The notes under the pieces are model-generated. The model was not told the origin of the DNA. It searched no databases and saw only the letters and a list, made by a program, of their open reading frames with translations. Shown here in pieces: positions 1-9,261 of a stretch of 64,000 bases of DNA (position 1 is the stretch's first letter; every line of letters begins with the position of its first letter). The stretch lies in IMG/VR virus record IMGVR_UViG_3300037067_012588. One strand, given 5' to 3'. Both the position numbers and the translations under genes were made by a program. The DNA is from a virus (lineage: Duplodnaviria; Caudoviricetes).

Positions 1-62
1 CAGGTAAAATACCCGAATCATTATCTATACGTTTTACTGAAAATAACATTTCTTCCCTCTCG

Positions 63-353
63 TCATTTAGAACTGATATTCGGAAGACTGATGTGTCGCA
101 AAACACGATATATCTTTGCCTCTTTTGTCAGAGACCTTATCGAATCGTCAGAACCCTTGACCTCTTCAGTATCTTTGAACCAATCAGCATCAACAGCATA
201 GACAGTATATTCACCCAACTGATTCGTCGCTTCGAGGTAACAGTAGGCACCCTTGTAAAAACGCCACACTGAGCCTCCTATTCCTTTCTTGGCACCTCCT
301 GGATTATCGATATACTGCTCATATCCTGCCGTCCTCCCGACCGTGAATATCAT
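63..353 (-). CDS. hypothetical phage protein
   Basis: 96-aa ORF with AAGGAG SD upstream; no recognised motif. Confidence 0.6.
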   Translation of the reverse strand: MIFTVGRTAGYEQYIDNPGGAKKGIGGSVWRFYKGAYCYLEATNQLGEYTVYAVDADWFKDTEEVKGSDDSIRSLTKEAKIYRVLRHISLPNISSK

Positions 354-1662
354 GTTTTCTCCTTAACCATCGATGCTCTATGGCAGCGGACATACACAAC
401 TCTTGAGCCTGTGCTGCAGTGACAGGAAAAAGATGCCCAAGATTATCGACAAACGTCTTTCTCTCACACTCATCCCAATCGTAAAGAATATTTTTCGCCA
501 AAAACTCAACACCTTCACGACCAATACGTTCACACTTGATAACATGATCAATACGACCTGGACGAAGGATTATACTGTCTTCACCCCTGTAATCCACCAA
601 GGCCTTATCAAGCTTCTCTGGATAATTTGTTGTGATAACCATGAAGATTCCGTTACGATGGTCAACACCATCAATGGTGTTCAAAAAAGAGTCGAAAGTC
701 ATTCCGATATTTGTTTGAGTTTTGCATCGAAACTCACGACCATCAAAAACAGCATCGAAGTCTTCTATTAGACAAATAATACCATCAGAGTCTCCATGCC
801 AAGTCTCTAAAAACAACTTATTGTCAAAGTTCTCAAGATGGAAAACTCTCACGGGTATATCGAGACGTCTCGATATATTGTAAACCATAGAGGTCTTGCC
901 TGTTCCTGGTTCTCCATATAACAACGCACCACGCTTCCATTGGATACAAGTTTTTTCATACCAATTCTTTGATTCAAGCCAAAATTCAATGTCCTTATAA
1001 AGACTTTCCTCTGCTTTCGTTTCATAATGACTCGGAGAAGAAAATCCGTTTTTCTCAACAAAACCCAAACTGTTTCGATTTTCACAGTGAATAATATTAT
1101 TTATTCCGTAATAATTTGACCGAAATCCATTTGACCAATAACTAGAACCAGTAGAAGAGCAAATAGGCTCATCTTCGTTTTTAGATTTTACTGGGCCTTC
1201 TTTGCTATAATCGTTTCCCCATCGATGACTAATATACCATCGATTTTCTTCGTTGTTTTTTTCTTCTACAGCCATACATTCTTTGAAAAAAGAATGTGGA
1301 TTAAATAACCAACGAACATATGTAAATGAAACTTTCGAATCTTGAATCGAAAGAACAACTGGACAAAGCCATCTATAAAGCCAAAATATATTCCCGTAAA
1401 TATTCTGCTCACAAACGACATTTTGTGAGGAAGACCCGTCCTTGTTTGTCCAACGACAGAGACAAAGATATTTACCTCCAAGACGAAAATATCTTTTTCC
1501 TTCCATTATTTTTTTGCACAACTTGAATACGAAATCTCCGTAATCACATTCAACAGAAGCCGTGATAACAACAAGATTTCTCAAATATGAAACCATCGAC
1601 CGCAGGTGTTCCCAACCTGCGGCGATGATTCCTCCACCAATCCCAACAGCCGCCAAATTCAT
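319..1662 (-). CDS. AAA+ ATPase (BCS1-like architecture, hydrophobic N-terminus)
   Basis: Walker A GEPGTGKTS, Walker B ICLIEDFD, sensor ITTNYPEKLDKAL, SRH RPGRID. Confidence 0.9.
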   Translation of the reverse strand: MNLAAVGIGGGIIAAGWEHLRSMVSYLRNLVVITASVECDYGDFVFKLCKKIMEGKRYFRLGGKYLCLCRWTNKDGSSSQNVVCEQNIYGNIFWLYRWLCPVVLSIQDSKVSFTYVRWLFNPHSFFKECMAVEEKNNEENRWYISHRWGNDYSKEGPVKSKNEDEPICSSTGSSYWSNGFRSNYYGINNIIHCENRNSLGFVEKNGFSSPSHYETKAEESLYKDIEFWLESKNWYEKTCIQWKRGALLYGEPGTGKTSMVYNISRRLDIPVRVFHLENFDNKLFLETWHGDSDGIICLIEDFDAVFDGREFRCKTQTNIGMTFDSFLNTIDGVDHRNGIFMVITTNYPEKLDKALVDYRGEDSIILRPGRIDHVIKCERIGREGVEFLAKNILYDWDECERKTFVDNLGHLFPVTAAQAQELCMSAAIEHRWLRRKHDIHGREDGRI

Positions 1663-1701
1663 AACACGTTCCTTTCGACGAATTCACGCCAGAATAATAA
1701 A

Positions 1702-1923
1702 TCAAAACGGCGGAAGCTCAGGGTTTTCTTGGCAAACCAAACGGTCAAGCTCACAACGCAATTTCGAAAGCGACGCAACAACACAATTCACATATCTTGA
1801 CGCCTTCGAACATGAACCGTAAGCCTTTCCAGCCTTCAATTTAAGAAGCTCATCGTGAATGTCGGCAAGTTTCTTTGAAACAACATTGTGCTCTTCAATG
1901 GAAAATCCTTTCTTTTTCTTCAT
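1702..1923 (-). CDS. hypothetical protein
   Basis: 73-aa ORF, ATGA overlap with the upstream MazG stop. Confidence 0.6.
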   Translation of the reverse strand: MKKKKGFSIEEHNVVSKKLADIHDELLKLKAGKAYGSCSKASRYVNCVVASLSKLRCELDRLVCQENPELPPF

Positions 1924-2264
1924 CGATTGTCTCCGTTCCCCTGCAATACCCCACGCTGCTGACGAGACAACAGCTTCTGGATATTCGTATCAGCAATGTC
2001 ACTCATCGACAAACCAACCTCGGCAGCAACATTCGCTACATACCAAAGAACGTCCCCGAGCTCCTTCTTGATCTCTTCCTGAAACTCAGGCGTAACAACG
2101 CCATCCTTGTCCCGAATGAGTTTTTTGAACTTCTCGGCAACCTCACCAGCCTCACCAGACAATCCAAGAACTGGGTAAACGTAATTCGACCCAATCGATG
2201 GATAAATCGCCGTGCTGCGTGCAGCAGCTTGATATTCATCCATTCCAACAATCTTCTTTTCCAT
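1920..2264 (-). CDS. MazG-like NTP pyrophosphohydrolase
   Basis: GLSGEAGEVAEKFKK and ELGDVLWYVA motifs, NIQKL..R C-terminus; start re-chosen at MEKKIV. Confidence 0.9.
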   Translation of the reverse strand: MEKKIVGMDEYQAAARSTAIYPSIGSNYVYPVLGLSGEAGEVAEKFKKLIRDKDGVVTPEFQEEIKKELGDVLWYVANVAAEVGLSMSDIADTNIQKLLSRQQRGVLQGNGDNR

Positions 2265-2311
2265 AACAATCCCTTTCAAAAAACAATCGAAAACCAAATC
2301 TACCTGACTAT

Positions 2312-2345
2312 ATTATACGATAACCTCCATACTCATCAGTATAAT
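2312..2345. promoter_or_regulatory. divergent -10-like boxes
   Basis: CGTATAAT on minus (2312-2319) and GTATAAT on plus (2339-2345) between divergent genes. Confidence 0.45.
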
Positions 2346-2373
2346 ATCATCGGATATTTTACGGAGAAAAAGA

Positions 2374-3018
2374 ATGTTTGAAGTCATTTCATGTGACAAA
2401 TCAACCTGTGATAAATGGGTAAGCACAAAACACTACAGCAGAAGACCTTCCATTTTCTGGAATGGATTCTGTTTGGTCATCGATGGGAAAATTGAAGGCG
2501 TCATTGTCTATGGCCAGCCAAGCGCACCAATACAAAAACATGCCTTCGCTGACAGAGACTTCAGGCTTTATGAACTTACAAGACTTGTTGTCCAGACCAA
2601 AGAAAAGAACGCTGCAAGCTATCTGATAAGCCACAGCCTTAAGATGCTCGAACGACCATGTGCCGTTGTGAGCTACGCCGATACAGCCCACGGACATTGT
2701 GGTATTGTTTACCAAGCAACGAACTGGATATACACTGGCGCAACAATATCACACGATAAACTGTACATGGTTGACGGAAAGCTTCTTCACCCCATGACAC
2801 TGCGAGACCGTGGAATTACATCTCCAATGAAATGGGCTAAAGAAAACAACATCGAGGTTGTGAAGCCAAAAGAAAAACACAGATATTTCTATCTCTGTGG
2901 AAGCAAGGTCCAATGCAAGTCCATGACACGAAAGCTGAAATACGGAGTTGTCGAGAAATACCCCAAGCTGGAAAAGACACTCTACGATGATGGAGAAAAC
3001 ATCTGCGATTATGTCTGA
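2374..3018 (+). CDS. Mom-family (GNAT-fold) adenine-modification protein
   Basis: HYSRR, YELTRLVV, ASYLISHSLKML, VVSYAD.AHGH.G.VYQATNWIYTG, KHRY motifs typical of Mu Mom homologues. Confidence 0.8.
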   Translation: MFEVISCDKSTCDKWVSTKHYSRRPSIFWNGFCLVIDGKIEGVIVYGQPSAPIQKHAFADRDFRLYELTRLVVQTKEKNAASYLISHSLKMLERPCAVVSYADTAHGHCGIVYQATNWIYTGATISHDKLYMVDGKLLHPMTLRDRGITSPMKWAKENNIEVVKPKEKHRYFYLCGSKVQCKSMTRKLKYGVVEKYPKLEKTLYDDGENICDYV

Positions 3019-3026
3019 TACCTATG

Positions 3027-3057
3027 AAAAAAAGAGCCGCTCAATTGAGCGGCTCTT
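3027..3057. terminator. terminator between convergent genes
   Basis: perfect 26-bp palindrome aagagccgctcaattgagcggctctt (3032-3057) followed by a T-run on the minus strand. Confidence 0.8.
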
Positions 3058-3084
3058 CTCATTTGGTCGTTTGCGAGACAAACA

Positions 3085-4188
3085 TCAAGCAGGAACTTCC
3101 CAATCCTCAACCTCGTACAGAAGCCGAGTATTCGCAACAAGCTTCCTGTTTGAGGACGTCGACTGGACAAACACATAGAAATTTTCCAAATCGACAGGAC
3201 GAAGCTTCACATCTTCACGTTCCTCGTCCTTCTTGCCTGCTTGTGGCGGCAACCCAAGCAGCGCACGAACTTCACCACCGTTGAAGATATCACCAGACAA
3301 CTTGTCAACCAAGACAATCTCTTTGTATCCCTGAATCTTCTCAGGTTTTGTGAGCTCGTAGAACCCACGACCCTTCTTGAATGACGCACCCTGCGAACGC
3401 ACGAAGTCCGCAATACCTTCTTCGTGGTCAACCATCAGCGTCTGGAAGCGCCCAGCAGGAACCGCATTCAACCCACCCGCAGCAGAAGCGATATGAACAG
3501 GCTTGCGACCAAGGAGGGTGGACATCACCGTTGACATGTGCCTCGTCATACGCCCAGAGGAAGCCAACTCTTTTTCAAACGTCTCAAGCTTCTCGGAGCT
3601 TTCCTGCTTGAAGCAACAGGCGAGAATCAAATCGGTAACAGCACCGAACTGATCAAGAGTCAGGTAGAAACCGCCCGTCTTTTTGGCAATCTCCTCATAA
3701 AACATCTTCGAGTGCCTACGGCAACCAGGCATGGCATGGACACCGTACACGTTCACACCCATCTCGCAAAGCAACTCCATCTCGTTTCGCCAATCGATTT
3801 TTTCACGATTCATCTTGTAATCAATCCCGTGCGGAACATCATCACCGATAACGATGAGAACCTTGCTACGCCCTGATTGCCAATTCAAAGCACGGGCTTT
3901 CTTGAGAACAAGCTCGTAACATTCTGGAGCATCCCCGCCGTATGTCGGCAGGACACCCTCAACGAAACTGCAGATTTTCTTCTCATCGGAACTGAAATCG
4001 AGAATTTTTGTGACATAGGGGTTGTTTTCATCGCAGTAGTCACCGTGAGCGATGATTGACATCCTCAATCCAGAAACTTCTGAAAAAAGCCTCTTTGTCA
4101 TCGATGCTACCACACGCCGCACTTGTGTCAAACACGGATACATCGAGCCAGTTGTGTCGAACGACACACATACATCCACACTTTCCAT
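3085..4188 (-). CDS. vWA-domain protein
   Basis: MIDAS-like DTTGSM, HGDY, GGDAPECYE, VIGDDVPH. Confidence 0.85.
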   Translation of the reverse strand: MESVDVCVSFDTTGSMYPCLTQVRRVVASMTKRLFSEVSGLRMSIIAHGDYCDENNPYVTKILDFSSDEKKICSFVEGVLPTYGGDAPECYELVLKKARALNWQSGRSKVLIVIGDDVPHGIDYKMNREKIDWRNEMELLCEMGVNVYGVHAMPGCRRHSKMFYEEIAKKTGGFYLTLDQFGAVTDLILACCFKQESSEKLETFEKELASSGRMTRHMSTVMSTLLGRKPVHIASAAGGLNAVPAGRFQTLMVDHEEGIADFVRSQGASFKKGRGFYELTKPEKIQGYKEIVLVDKLSGDIFNGGEVRALLGLPPQAGKKDEEREDVKLRPVDLENFYVFVQSTSSNRKLVANTRLLYEVEDWEVPA

Positions 4189-4209
4189 TTTGTTCTCCTT
4201 CGTTTTCCT

Positions 4210-4557
4210 TCATTTTTCCTTCAATGGTTTTCTTGCAGACCACAAGTCTTCATAGAATTTGAGATTCTTTTTTATTATACGCTTGTTGATACTGATTTTG
4301 AAAAAGCTTTCACGGAGCAAATGCTTCGCAACCTTGTTCGAAACCATTGTCGTTTCACTCCGGTTCGGATCATCAATATACAAAGCGCACTTGACAGGCG
4401 AACTGGTGTATTGACTCGGCTCATCTCCGAACCGCACAACAACAGACCCATCATCGCAATTCGGACACAAATAAATGTCATATTTCAGATAGCGACCGAG
4501 AAACATACACCTGTCACAATCATGAACGAATTGAGGAGTACCTTTCATCGAAAACAT
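4210..4557 (-). CDS. hypothetical protein (HDCDRC...DIYLC)
   Basis: 115-aa ORF with GGAGG SD. Confidence 0.6.
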   Translation of the reverse strand: MFSMKGTPQFVHDCDRCMFLGRYLKYDIYLCPNCDDGSVVVRFGDEPSQYTSSPVKCALYIDDPNRSETTMVSNKVAKHLLRESFFKISINKRIIKKNLKFYEDLWSARKPLKEK

Positions 4558-4652
4558 TCACTCACCTCCAGAAATCATACGCTTCAGGTTCGACCAAAAA
4601 CCTTTCAACTCGCTCTTCGGCTCAGTAAGTGCCTCGAATGATGATTTCTTGT

Positions 4653-5780
4653 TCAGACATTCTCAACACCACCCTTGTCGAATTCGTTTTGTGTTGCCCA
4701 ATACATGAACGCTACCTGACTAAGCGCCATCACAAGCATAACCACAATCACTCCCCACCAAGGTGCTTCAACAGCGATATAGTCGAATTTCGACCAGTCC
4801 TTGATTTGATAGTTGGCTCGAATCTCTGCCTCCACCTTCGGGATAATCGTGTCATCGATTTTGTTTTCAAGAAGAATCGTCTCAAGATTCCGCTTGACCA
4901 ACATGGATTCTGTCCATCCAAACACATACGCCCAAGTTGTATTGGAGCGTGAACCTCCATAACACAGCACAAGGTCGTTCTTTTTTCCACCAATCCACTT
5001 AGCTTCCTGCAAATGAGCGATTGAGGAATCCTTTTCGCCAAAACCAATTAGGAACACATTCACCTTCTTGCTGGCTCCAAGGCGAGTATTCATCTGACCC
5101 CATCGAAAACCGTTCACAGACGCCGTAGCAGCCCCAAGGCAGCGTTTGGTAGCCATATTGCCATCATCCCCCACCCAATCGAACACAGGCGTTCCTACAG
5201 GCACATCTGCGAAGGAAAACACAGTCGGGGAACACTTCACTCGGTTCTCGAAGGAATGAACACTTGTTATTGGATAAATCTCGCCTTTTGTATTGTGGCA
5301 ATAGTAATCGTTTCGATCACCGCCGTCAAATCCATGACGACTTCCACGTTTTGGAACAATTACACCGCCTAAAAACTTGGCAATTCCATTGTATTGGTCT
5401 TCTGTAATGTCCCGTTCGACTTCATCAGTCCCACCATAACTCTCGAACGAAGACCAATGAGGATGGTGAGTTTTGTGTTCGGTTGTGTAATAGGTTTCCG
5501 TGTGAGCATTTTTTCCCGAACCAATTATCCTTGTGTGGCTCTCCTGATATTCCTCAATCCACTTTGGGTAGTGAACAACGTATTCCACCTTACCAGACCA
5601 AATCTCGTGGTCAGTTGTCATACCAGACACAATCAGGACATGAACAATGGCAGTGGTCATAAAGCCAAGCGCAGACGAGGCAAGCCACTCCCACCAAACA
5701 ACATTCTTGTTATTTATCCACATCGCCGCACCAACAGCAACAGGGATACAGGCAAGCAAATAATACATCCACATGGGCAC
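4653..5780 (-). CDS. membrane protein (two N-terminal and one C-terminal hydrophobic helices)
   Basis: hydrophobic segments flanking a large soluble domain; SD GAGGAG. Confidence 0.75.
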   Translation of the reverse strand: MPMWMYYLLACIPVAVGAAMWINNKNVVWWEWLASSALGFMTTAIVHVLIVSGMTTDHEIWSGKVEYVVHYPKWIEEYQESHTRIIGSGKNAHTETYYTTEHKTHHPHWSSFESYGGTDEVERDITEDQYNGIAKFLGGVIVPKRGSRHGFDGGDRNDYYCHNTKGEIYPITSVHSFENRVKCSPTVFSFADVPVGTPVFDWVGDDGNMATKRCLGAATASVNGFRWGQMNTRLGASKKVNVFLIGFGEKDSSIAHLQEAKWIGGKKNDLVLCYGGSRSNTTWAYVFGWTESMLVKRNLETILLENKIDDTIIPKVEAEIRANYQIKDWSKFDYIAVEAPWWGVIVVMLVMALSQVAFMYWATQNEFDKGGVENV

Positions 5781-5816
5781 TTCACTCCTCTTCTAGAGAC
5801 ACAAGAACATCGTCCG

Positions 5817-6371
5817 CTAGGCGAAAAAATGGTTGCTAATCTTTTTATCTTGAGAAACAACATGTTCGATGATGAACTTACAATCATGAGGAGGCGGGTC
5901 GAATATGTCGATTTTTGTATACCAGTTTCTGGTATCTTCTCCAAGCAAACAGCAATCGACCTTTCCAATCTCCCAGTCCGACTCGAACTCTTCCTTGTCC
6001 GATTCAATTGTTATATAATCGTTTTTGTGATGGACGTTGTTTTTGATTACGAGAAACCGCCACTTGCAATTCAGACAAACATCGTGACTCAGCTTAGGGG
6101 TCTCAAGATCAATCCGAATCTTTGTCAATCGTTTTGCCAACGCCAGACCAGCCTCCGACTTGTTAACCTGAACAAGCGCACACTGAAGAATCTTCAGCTC
6201 TTGTCGGCTCTTGATTTTGAAATCAACATCGACCTCGCCTTCTGAGTTGCGAAGCACAAAACACTTTTCAGAAGACATGCGTCTGGCTATGGCGTCTGGA
6301 TTTATCTTTTCATCCCACGAACCAATACGCTTCCACTCTTCAAGCATAGCCTTGGCTTCTTCAGGTGTCAT
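5817..6371 (-). CDS. Cys-module (CxxC...PxxC.F..EH) family protein
   Basis: VCLNC...DCC...PPHDCKFIIEHV. Confidence 0.65.
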   Translation of the reverse strand: MTPEEAKAMLEEWKRIGSWDEKINPDAIARRMSSEKCFVLRNSEGEVDVDFKIKSRQELKILQCALVQVNKSEAGLALAKRLTKIRIDLETPKLSHDVCLNCKWRFLVIKNNVHHKNDYITIESDKEEFESDWEIGKVDCCLLGEDTRNWYTKIDIFDPPPHDCKFIIEHVVSQDKKISNHFFA

Positions 6372-6374
6372 CGT

Positions 6375-6620
6375 TCACTCCGGACGCATAAACGAGTCAC
6401 CAAGTCCGATACAATTGGTGGCGTTGGCAGCGTCTTCCTTTTTCATTTCTTCCGCTTCATCCGTCTTGGAAAACTCAGCAGCAAGACGAGCAATCGATTC
6501 ACCACGAGGCTCATCCATACCAAACCGCTTGGAGTATTCCATCAGAGCGTTGAAGATAATGGATTTGTCATCAGCCGTCAATCCATACACGTTATAGACG
6601 GCTGTCCTTGTAATCTTCAT
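6375..6620 (-). CDS. hypothetical protein
   Basis: start re-chosen at MKITRT to remove the overlap with 6626..7183. Confidence 0.55.
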   Translation of the reverse strand: MKITRTAVYNVYGLTADDKSIIFNALMEYSKRFGMDEPRGESIARLAAEFSKTDEAEEMKKEDAANATNCIGLGDSFMRPE

Positions 6621-6625
6621 AAGAG

Positions 6626-7183
6626 TCAATCCTTGTTGAACAGGCTTGTATCGTTGTCCTGACCCGTCTCGAAACTGCGTGCCGTCTTGGACGAGGTCAC
6701 AATGGTGATATCGATTTGCTGACGCCCGAGAATGCTGCAAATCAGGCTGGATGGGAAAACGGAAAGAAGGTTGTCGTGTTCACGCTTCAAGTCGACCAGT
6801 TCCTTCTGGCGCTGTGTCCACGAATCACGGGACGCAACGATGATGTTTTGAAGGTTCTCATACGTCTTGACATCGACATTCGGGATGGATTCCTGAACCA
6901 TCTTCATCAGACCGCCACCACCGCCATTACCCGTTCGTGCCTCAGCATGAGCTGTGTATATTTCCTTCAGCTTCGTCATCTGGGCATCCGTACATTGGGC
7001 GACTTGCTGAACCTTCTTCCACATATTGTCGAATTCGCTCGTGTTGTCCTTCTGCTTGGCGGTAATCGTGTTGCGCAGTCGGGCTTCCGTATTCATCGTG
7101 CCGACAAACATGATGCCGAGAACGATAACGAACACCACACCGACACCAAACAAACCCAGAACAATCATCAACGTCTTGCTCAT
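6626..7183 (-). CDS. LemA-like single-pass membrane protein
   Basis: N-terminal TM helix, then a helical domain ending YENLQNII..SR...FPSSLI as in LemA-like proteins. Confidence 0.6.
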   Translation of the reverse strand: MSKTLMIVLGLFGVGVVFVIVLGIMFVGTMNTEARLRNTITAKQKDNTSEFDNMWKKVQQVAQCTDAQMTKLKEIYTAHAEARTGNGGGGGLMKMVQESIPNVDVKTYENLQNIIVASRDSWTQRQKELVDLKREHDNLLSVFPSSLICSILGRQQIDITIVTSSKTARSFETGQDNDTSLFNKD

Positions 7184-7220
7184 GTAAAAATCCTCTCTTT
7201 CTGAAGTGTTACGACGAAAA

Positions 7221-7421
7221 CTACTCGATAATCAAGTCAAGGGAGACAGACCCTGTCTTATGACGTTCTGCGTGGGTACTGGAACCAGTAAACACAAACC
7301 AAGAATGAACAAGAACTCCACCGTCCGGAGATAAAATCTTTCCTGTCGCCAAACAACCTTCAATCTTCTCGACAATGGCAGTCCTACCGCACATAACCTT
7401 GTATTCTCCGACAGTAACCAT
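7221..7421 (-). CDS. hypothetical protein
   Basis: 66-aa ORF with purine-rich SD. Confidence 0.55.
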   Translation of the reverse strand: MVTVGEYKVMCGRTAIVEKIEGCLATGKILSPDGGVLVHSWFVFTGSSTHAERHKTGSVSLDLIIE

Positions 7422-7459
7422 TCCATTCCCCTTTCTTAAGCCTTCAATAGTACATCGTC

Positions 7460-7493
7460 CAAGTCTGAATTTTCTAGTAGAAAATCAGACTTG
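7460..7493. promoter_or_regulatory. near-perfect intergenic inverted repeat (operator or terminator)
   Basis: CAAGTCTGA-A-TTTTCTA-G-TAGAAAA-TCAGACTTG, one bulged base. Confidence 0.5.
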
Positions 7494-7495
7494 TT

Positions 7496-7843
7496 TTATA
7501 CATCCTCCATCACAAGCTCCAACAGATACGGGCAGTTTATCTCACGATTCGTGTACCGAGTCAAATCAACATCGGCTGGATACTCAGAGAGAAAAACCTC
7601 ACCCTTTTGACACGGCGAAAAGGAATGATGGCTTCCTGAAATAATTTCGTCTTCTCTCTTAACATAATACGCATGGTTTTCAATCCGAACATCTTTTGCC
7701 AAACACATGCGGCAAATACGGCTCTTATGCCGAACGTTGATAAAGAAGTCCCCAAAAGGAATAACAACCGCAATAGGTATTTCCTCAATAGGCTCCCTTG
7801 GTTTGCGCTTGAAAATCCCACAAAAAGATTCGAAAAGACTCAT
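7496..7843 (-). CDS. Cys-module family protein
   Basis: ICRMC...PCQKG...NCPYLLELV. Confidence 0.65.
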   Translation of the reverse strand: MSLFESFCGIFKRKPREPIEEIPIAVVIPFGDFFINVRHKSRICRMCLAKDVRIENHAYYVKREDEIISGSHHSFSPCQKGEVFLSEYPADVDLTRYTNREINCPYLLELVMEDV

Positions 7844-8100
7844 ATCTCAAGTCCTCTTTTCAAAGCAGTATAACACATCGCCCAATATTCTTCGCAAACG
7901 AGATTCTCCCAGCTTTCCGAATCAGAACACACCACTTTCTTCAGGGCATTGCGACGAATCATGGCGATAGCAGCAATAAGGTGATGGTCATCCATGTCAC
8001 CGACAAGAATAACATCACCGTTTCTCATTTTCCACTCAACAAGCTCAAACCATTCCATTCTTTGCTCCCTTCGGATATTATACCATCGTCCGACAAGCAA
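7840..8100 (-). CDS. hypothetical protein
   Basis: W.MRNG...VGDMDDHHL..AI motif; start may be MEWFEL. Confidence 0.55.
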   Translation of the reverse strand: MLVGRWYNIRREQRMEWFELVEWKMRNGDVILVGDMDDHHLIAAIAMIRRNALKKVVCSDSESWENLVCEEYWAMCYTALKRGLEI

Positions 8101-8106
8101 AAAATT

Positions 8107-8391
8107 TTACTTTTTGAGCATTTTCTCAAGCGTCTCGGCCGACATTGGCCCGACATAGCCTTCAGTAGCCTCCACATACGGACAATCAGACGGCAATGCC
8201 CGTTGACGAATAGCATCTTCTGTCGACAAGCATCCTACGCCCTTTTCAAATCGCCTTGAGTATGCCTTACAGAGATTCGTACTTACGTCCAAAAACTGAC
8301 ACGGACGCCTTGTGAAGGCTGGTCCTATATCCGTAAGCACTTTGTAATAACAACAACGACCACAACGGCGGCAAACATCTTCATTGTCCAT
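8107..8391 (-). CDS. YkgJ/YcgN-like CxxCxxCC cysteine-cluster protein
   Basis: CRRCGRCC...CQFLD...LCKAYSRR...C...LPSDCPY. Confidence 0.8.
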   Translation of the reverse strand: MDNEDVCRRCGRCCYYKVLTDIGPAFTRRPCQFLDVSTNLCKAYSRRFEKGVGCLSTEDAIRQRALPSDCPYVEATEGYVGPMSAETLEKMLKK

Positions 8392-8402
8392 TCATTTACC
8401 CT

Positions 8403-9020
8403 TCAATAGAACGTAATATTTTCGCCATCTTTCGATGCGATTTTTCTCATCTTTGGAGAATCAACGATGCTACTCGGATAAATATTGATTGGCTCCACGC
8501 CCCAAAATGACCCAGAACGACTCGTCATCGTGTTTGCATATTCACATCCAGCAGCATACAGCTCTGAACAAACCCACTCAGAAGGTGATCCGTCCTTTGT
8601 TGGAACGGTTATTGAGAGTCCAAATTTCTTATTCAACCACTGTAGCGCAATCCGATACGCAATCGGAATGTATTCCAGATATCCATACTCTTCTTCAAGA
8701 TGTTGAACCATGAATGCTGCAATCAATTCTTGGTCCTCAACAACCCAACTATATGGTCGCATCACAACAAAATCTGCTTGAACTGAAGAAAGAGGAATCA
8801 AACGAACCTTTGAGAAAACACCAGCAAAAACTGGACCTGCTCCAACAAGAATAGATTTCCCAAACAACTCTCCTGCATAACATTCGACATGGGTATACGG
8901 CGAACCCGTAAAAAAGCGAATAGCAGCAGTTGGAAATCCTGCACTCTTCGTTACCAAGGCATCGCCTGGACGAAGGGTATCCATGAGCTTGTTAATATCA
9001 TCTGCTTTCACTTCTTTCAT
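8403..9020 (-). CDS. permuted papain-like (YaeF/YiiX, NlpC/P60) amidase
   Basis: LRPGDAL, SPYTHV (catalytic His) preceding VCSEL (catalytic Cys). Confidence 0.8.
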   Translation of the reverse strand: MKEVKADDINKLMDTLRPGDALVTKSAGFPTAAIRFFTGSPYTHVECYAGELFGKSILVGAGPVFAGVFSKVRLIPLSSVQADFVVMRPYSWVVEDQELIAAFMVQHLEEEYGYLEYIPIAYRIALQWLNKKFGLSITVPTKDGSPSEWVCSELYAAGCEYANTMTSRSGSFWGVEPINIYPSSIVDSPKMRKIASKDGENITFY

Positions 9021-9205
9021 TCGTCATCTTCCTCATCGTCATCAATCTCAAATGCTGGACTATCAACCAGCGCCTCAAGTTCATCTGCAGATTCTCGCAA
9101 CTCAAAAATCACCTCTTCAACCTCATCCGCCGAGACAGGACCATACTGTGGAAAGCTCTCCAGAATATTCATGATTCTTCTACGAAGCGTTTGGTATGTC
9201 ATCAC
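9017..9205 (-). CDS. small acidic hypothetical protein
   Basis: 62 aa, D/E-rich tail, ATGA coupling. Confidence 0.55.
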   Translation of the reverse strand: MMTYQTLRRRIMNILESFPQYGPVSADEVEEVIFELRESADELEALVDSPAFEIDDDEEDDE

Positions 9206-9261
9206 AAATCCCCCCTAAAAGTTCTTATACCATTAGAGGATTATCAAAAAAATGTTTCTTG

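Noticed and set aside
319-4188. MoxR-vWA chaperone pair
   Set aside because: The ATPase has classical-clade/BCS1-like motifs (RPGRID) rather than MoxR signatures, and it is not adjacent to the vWA gene
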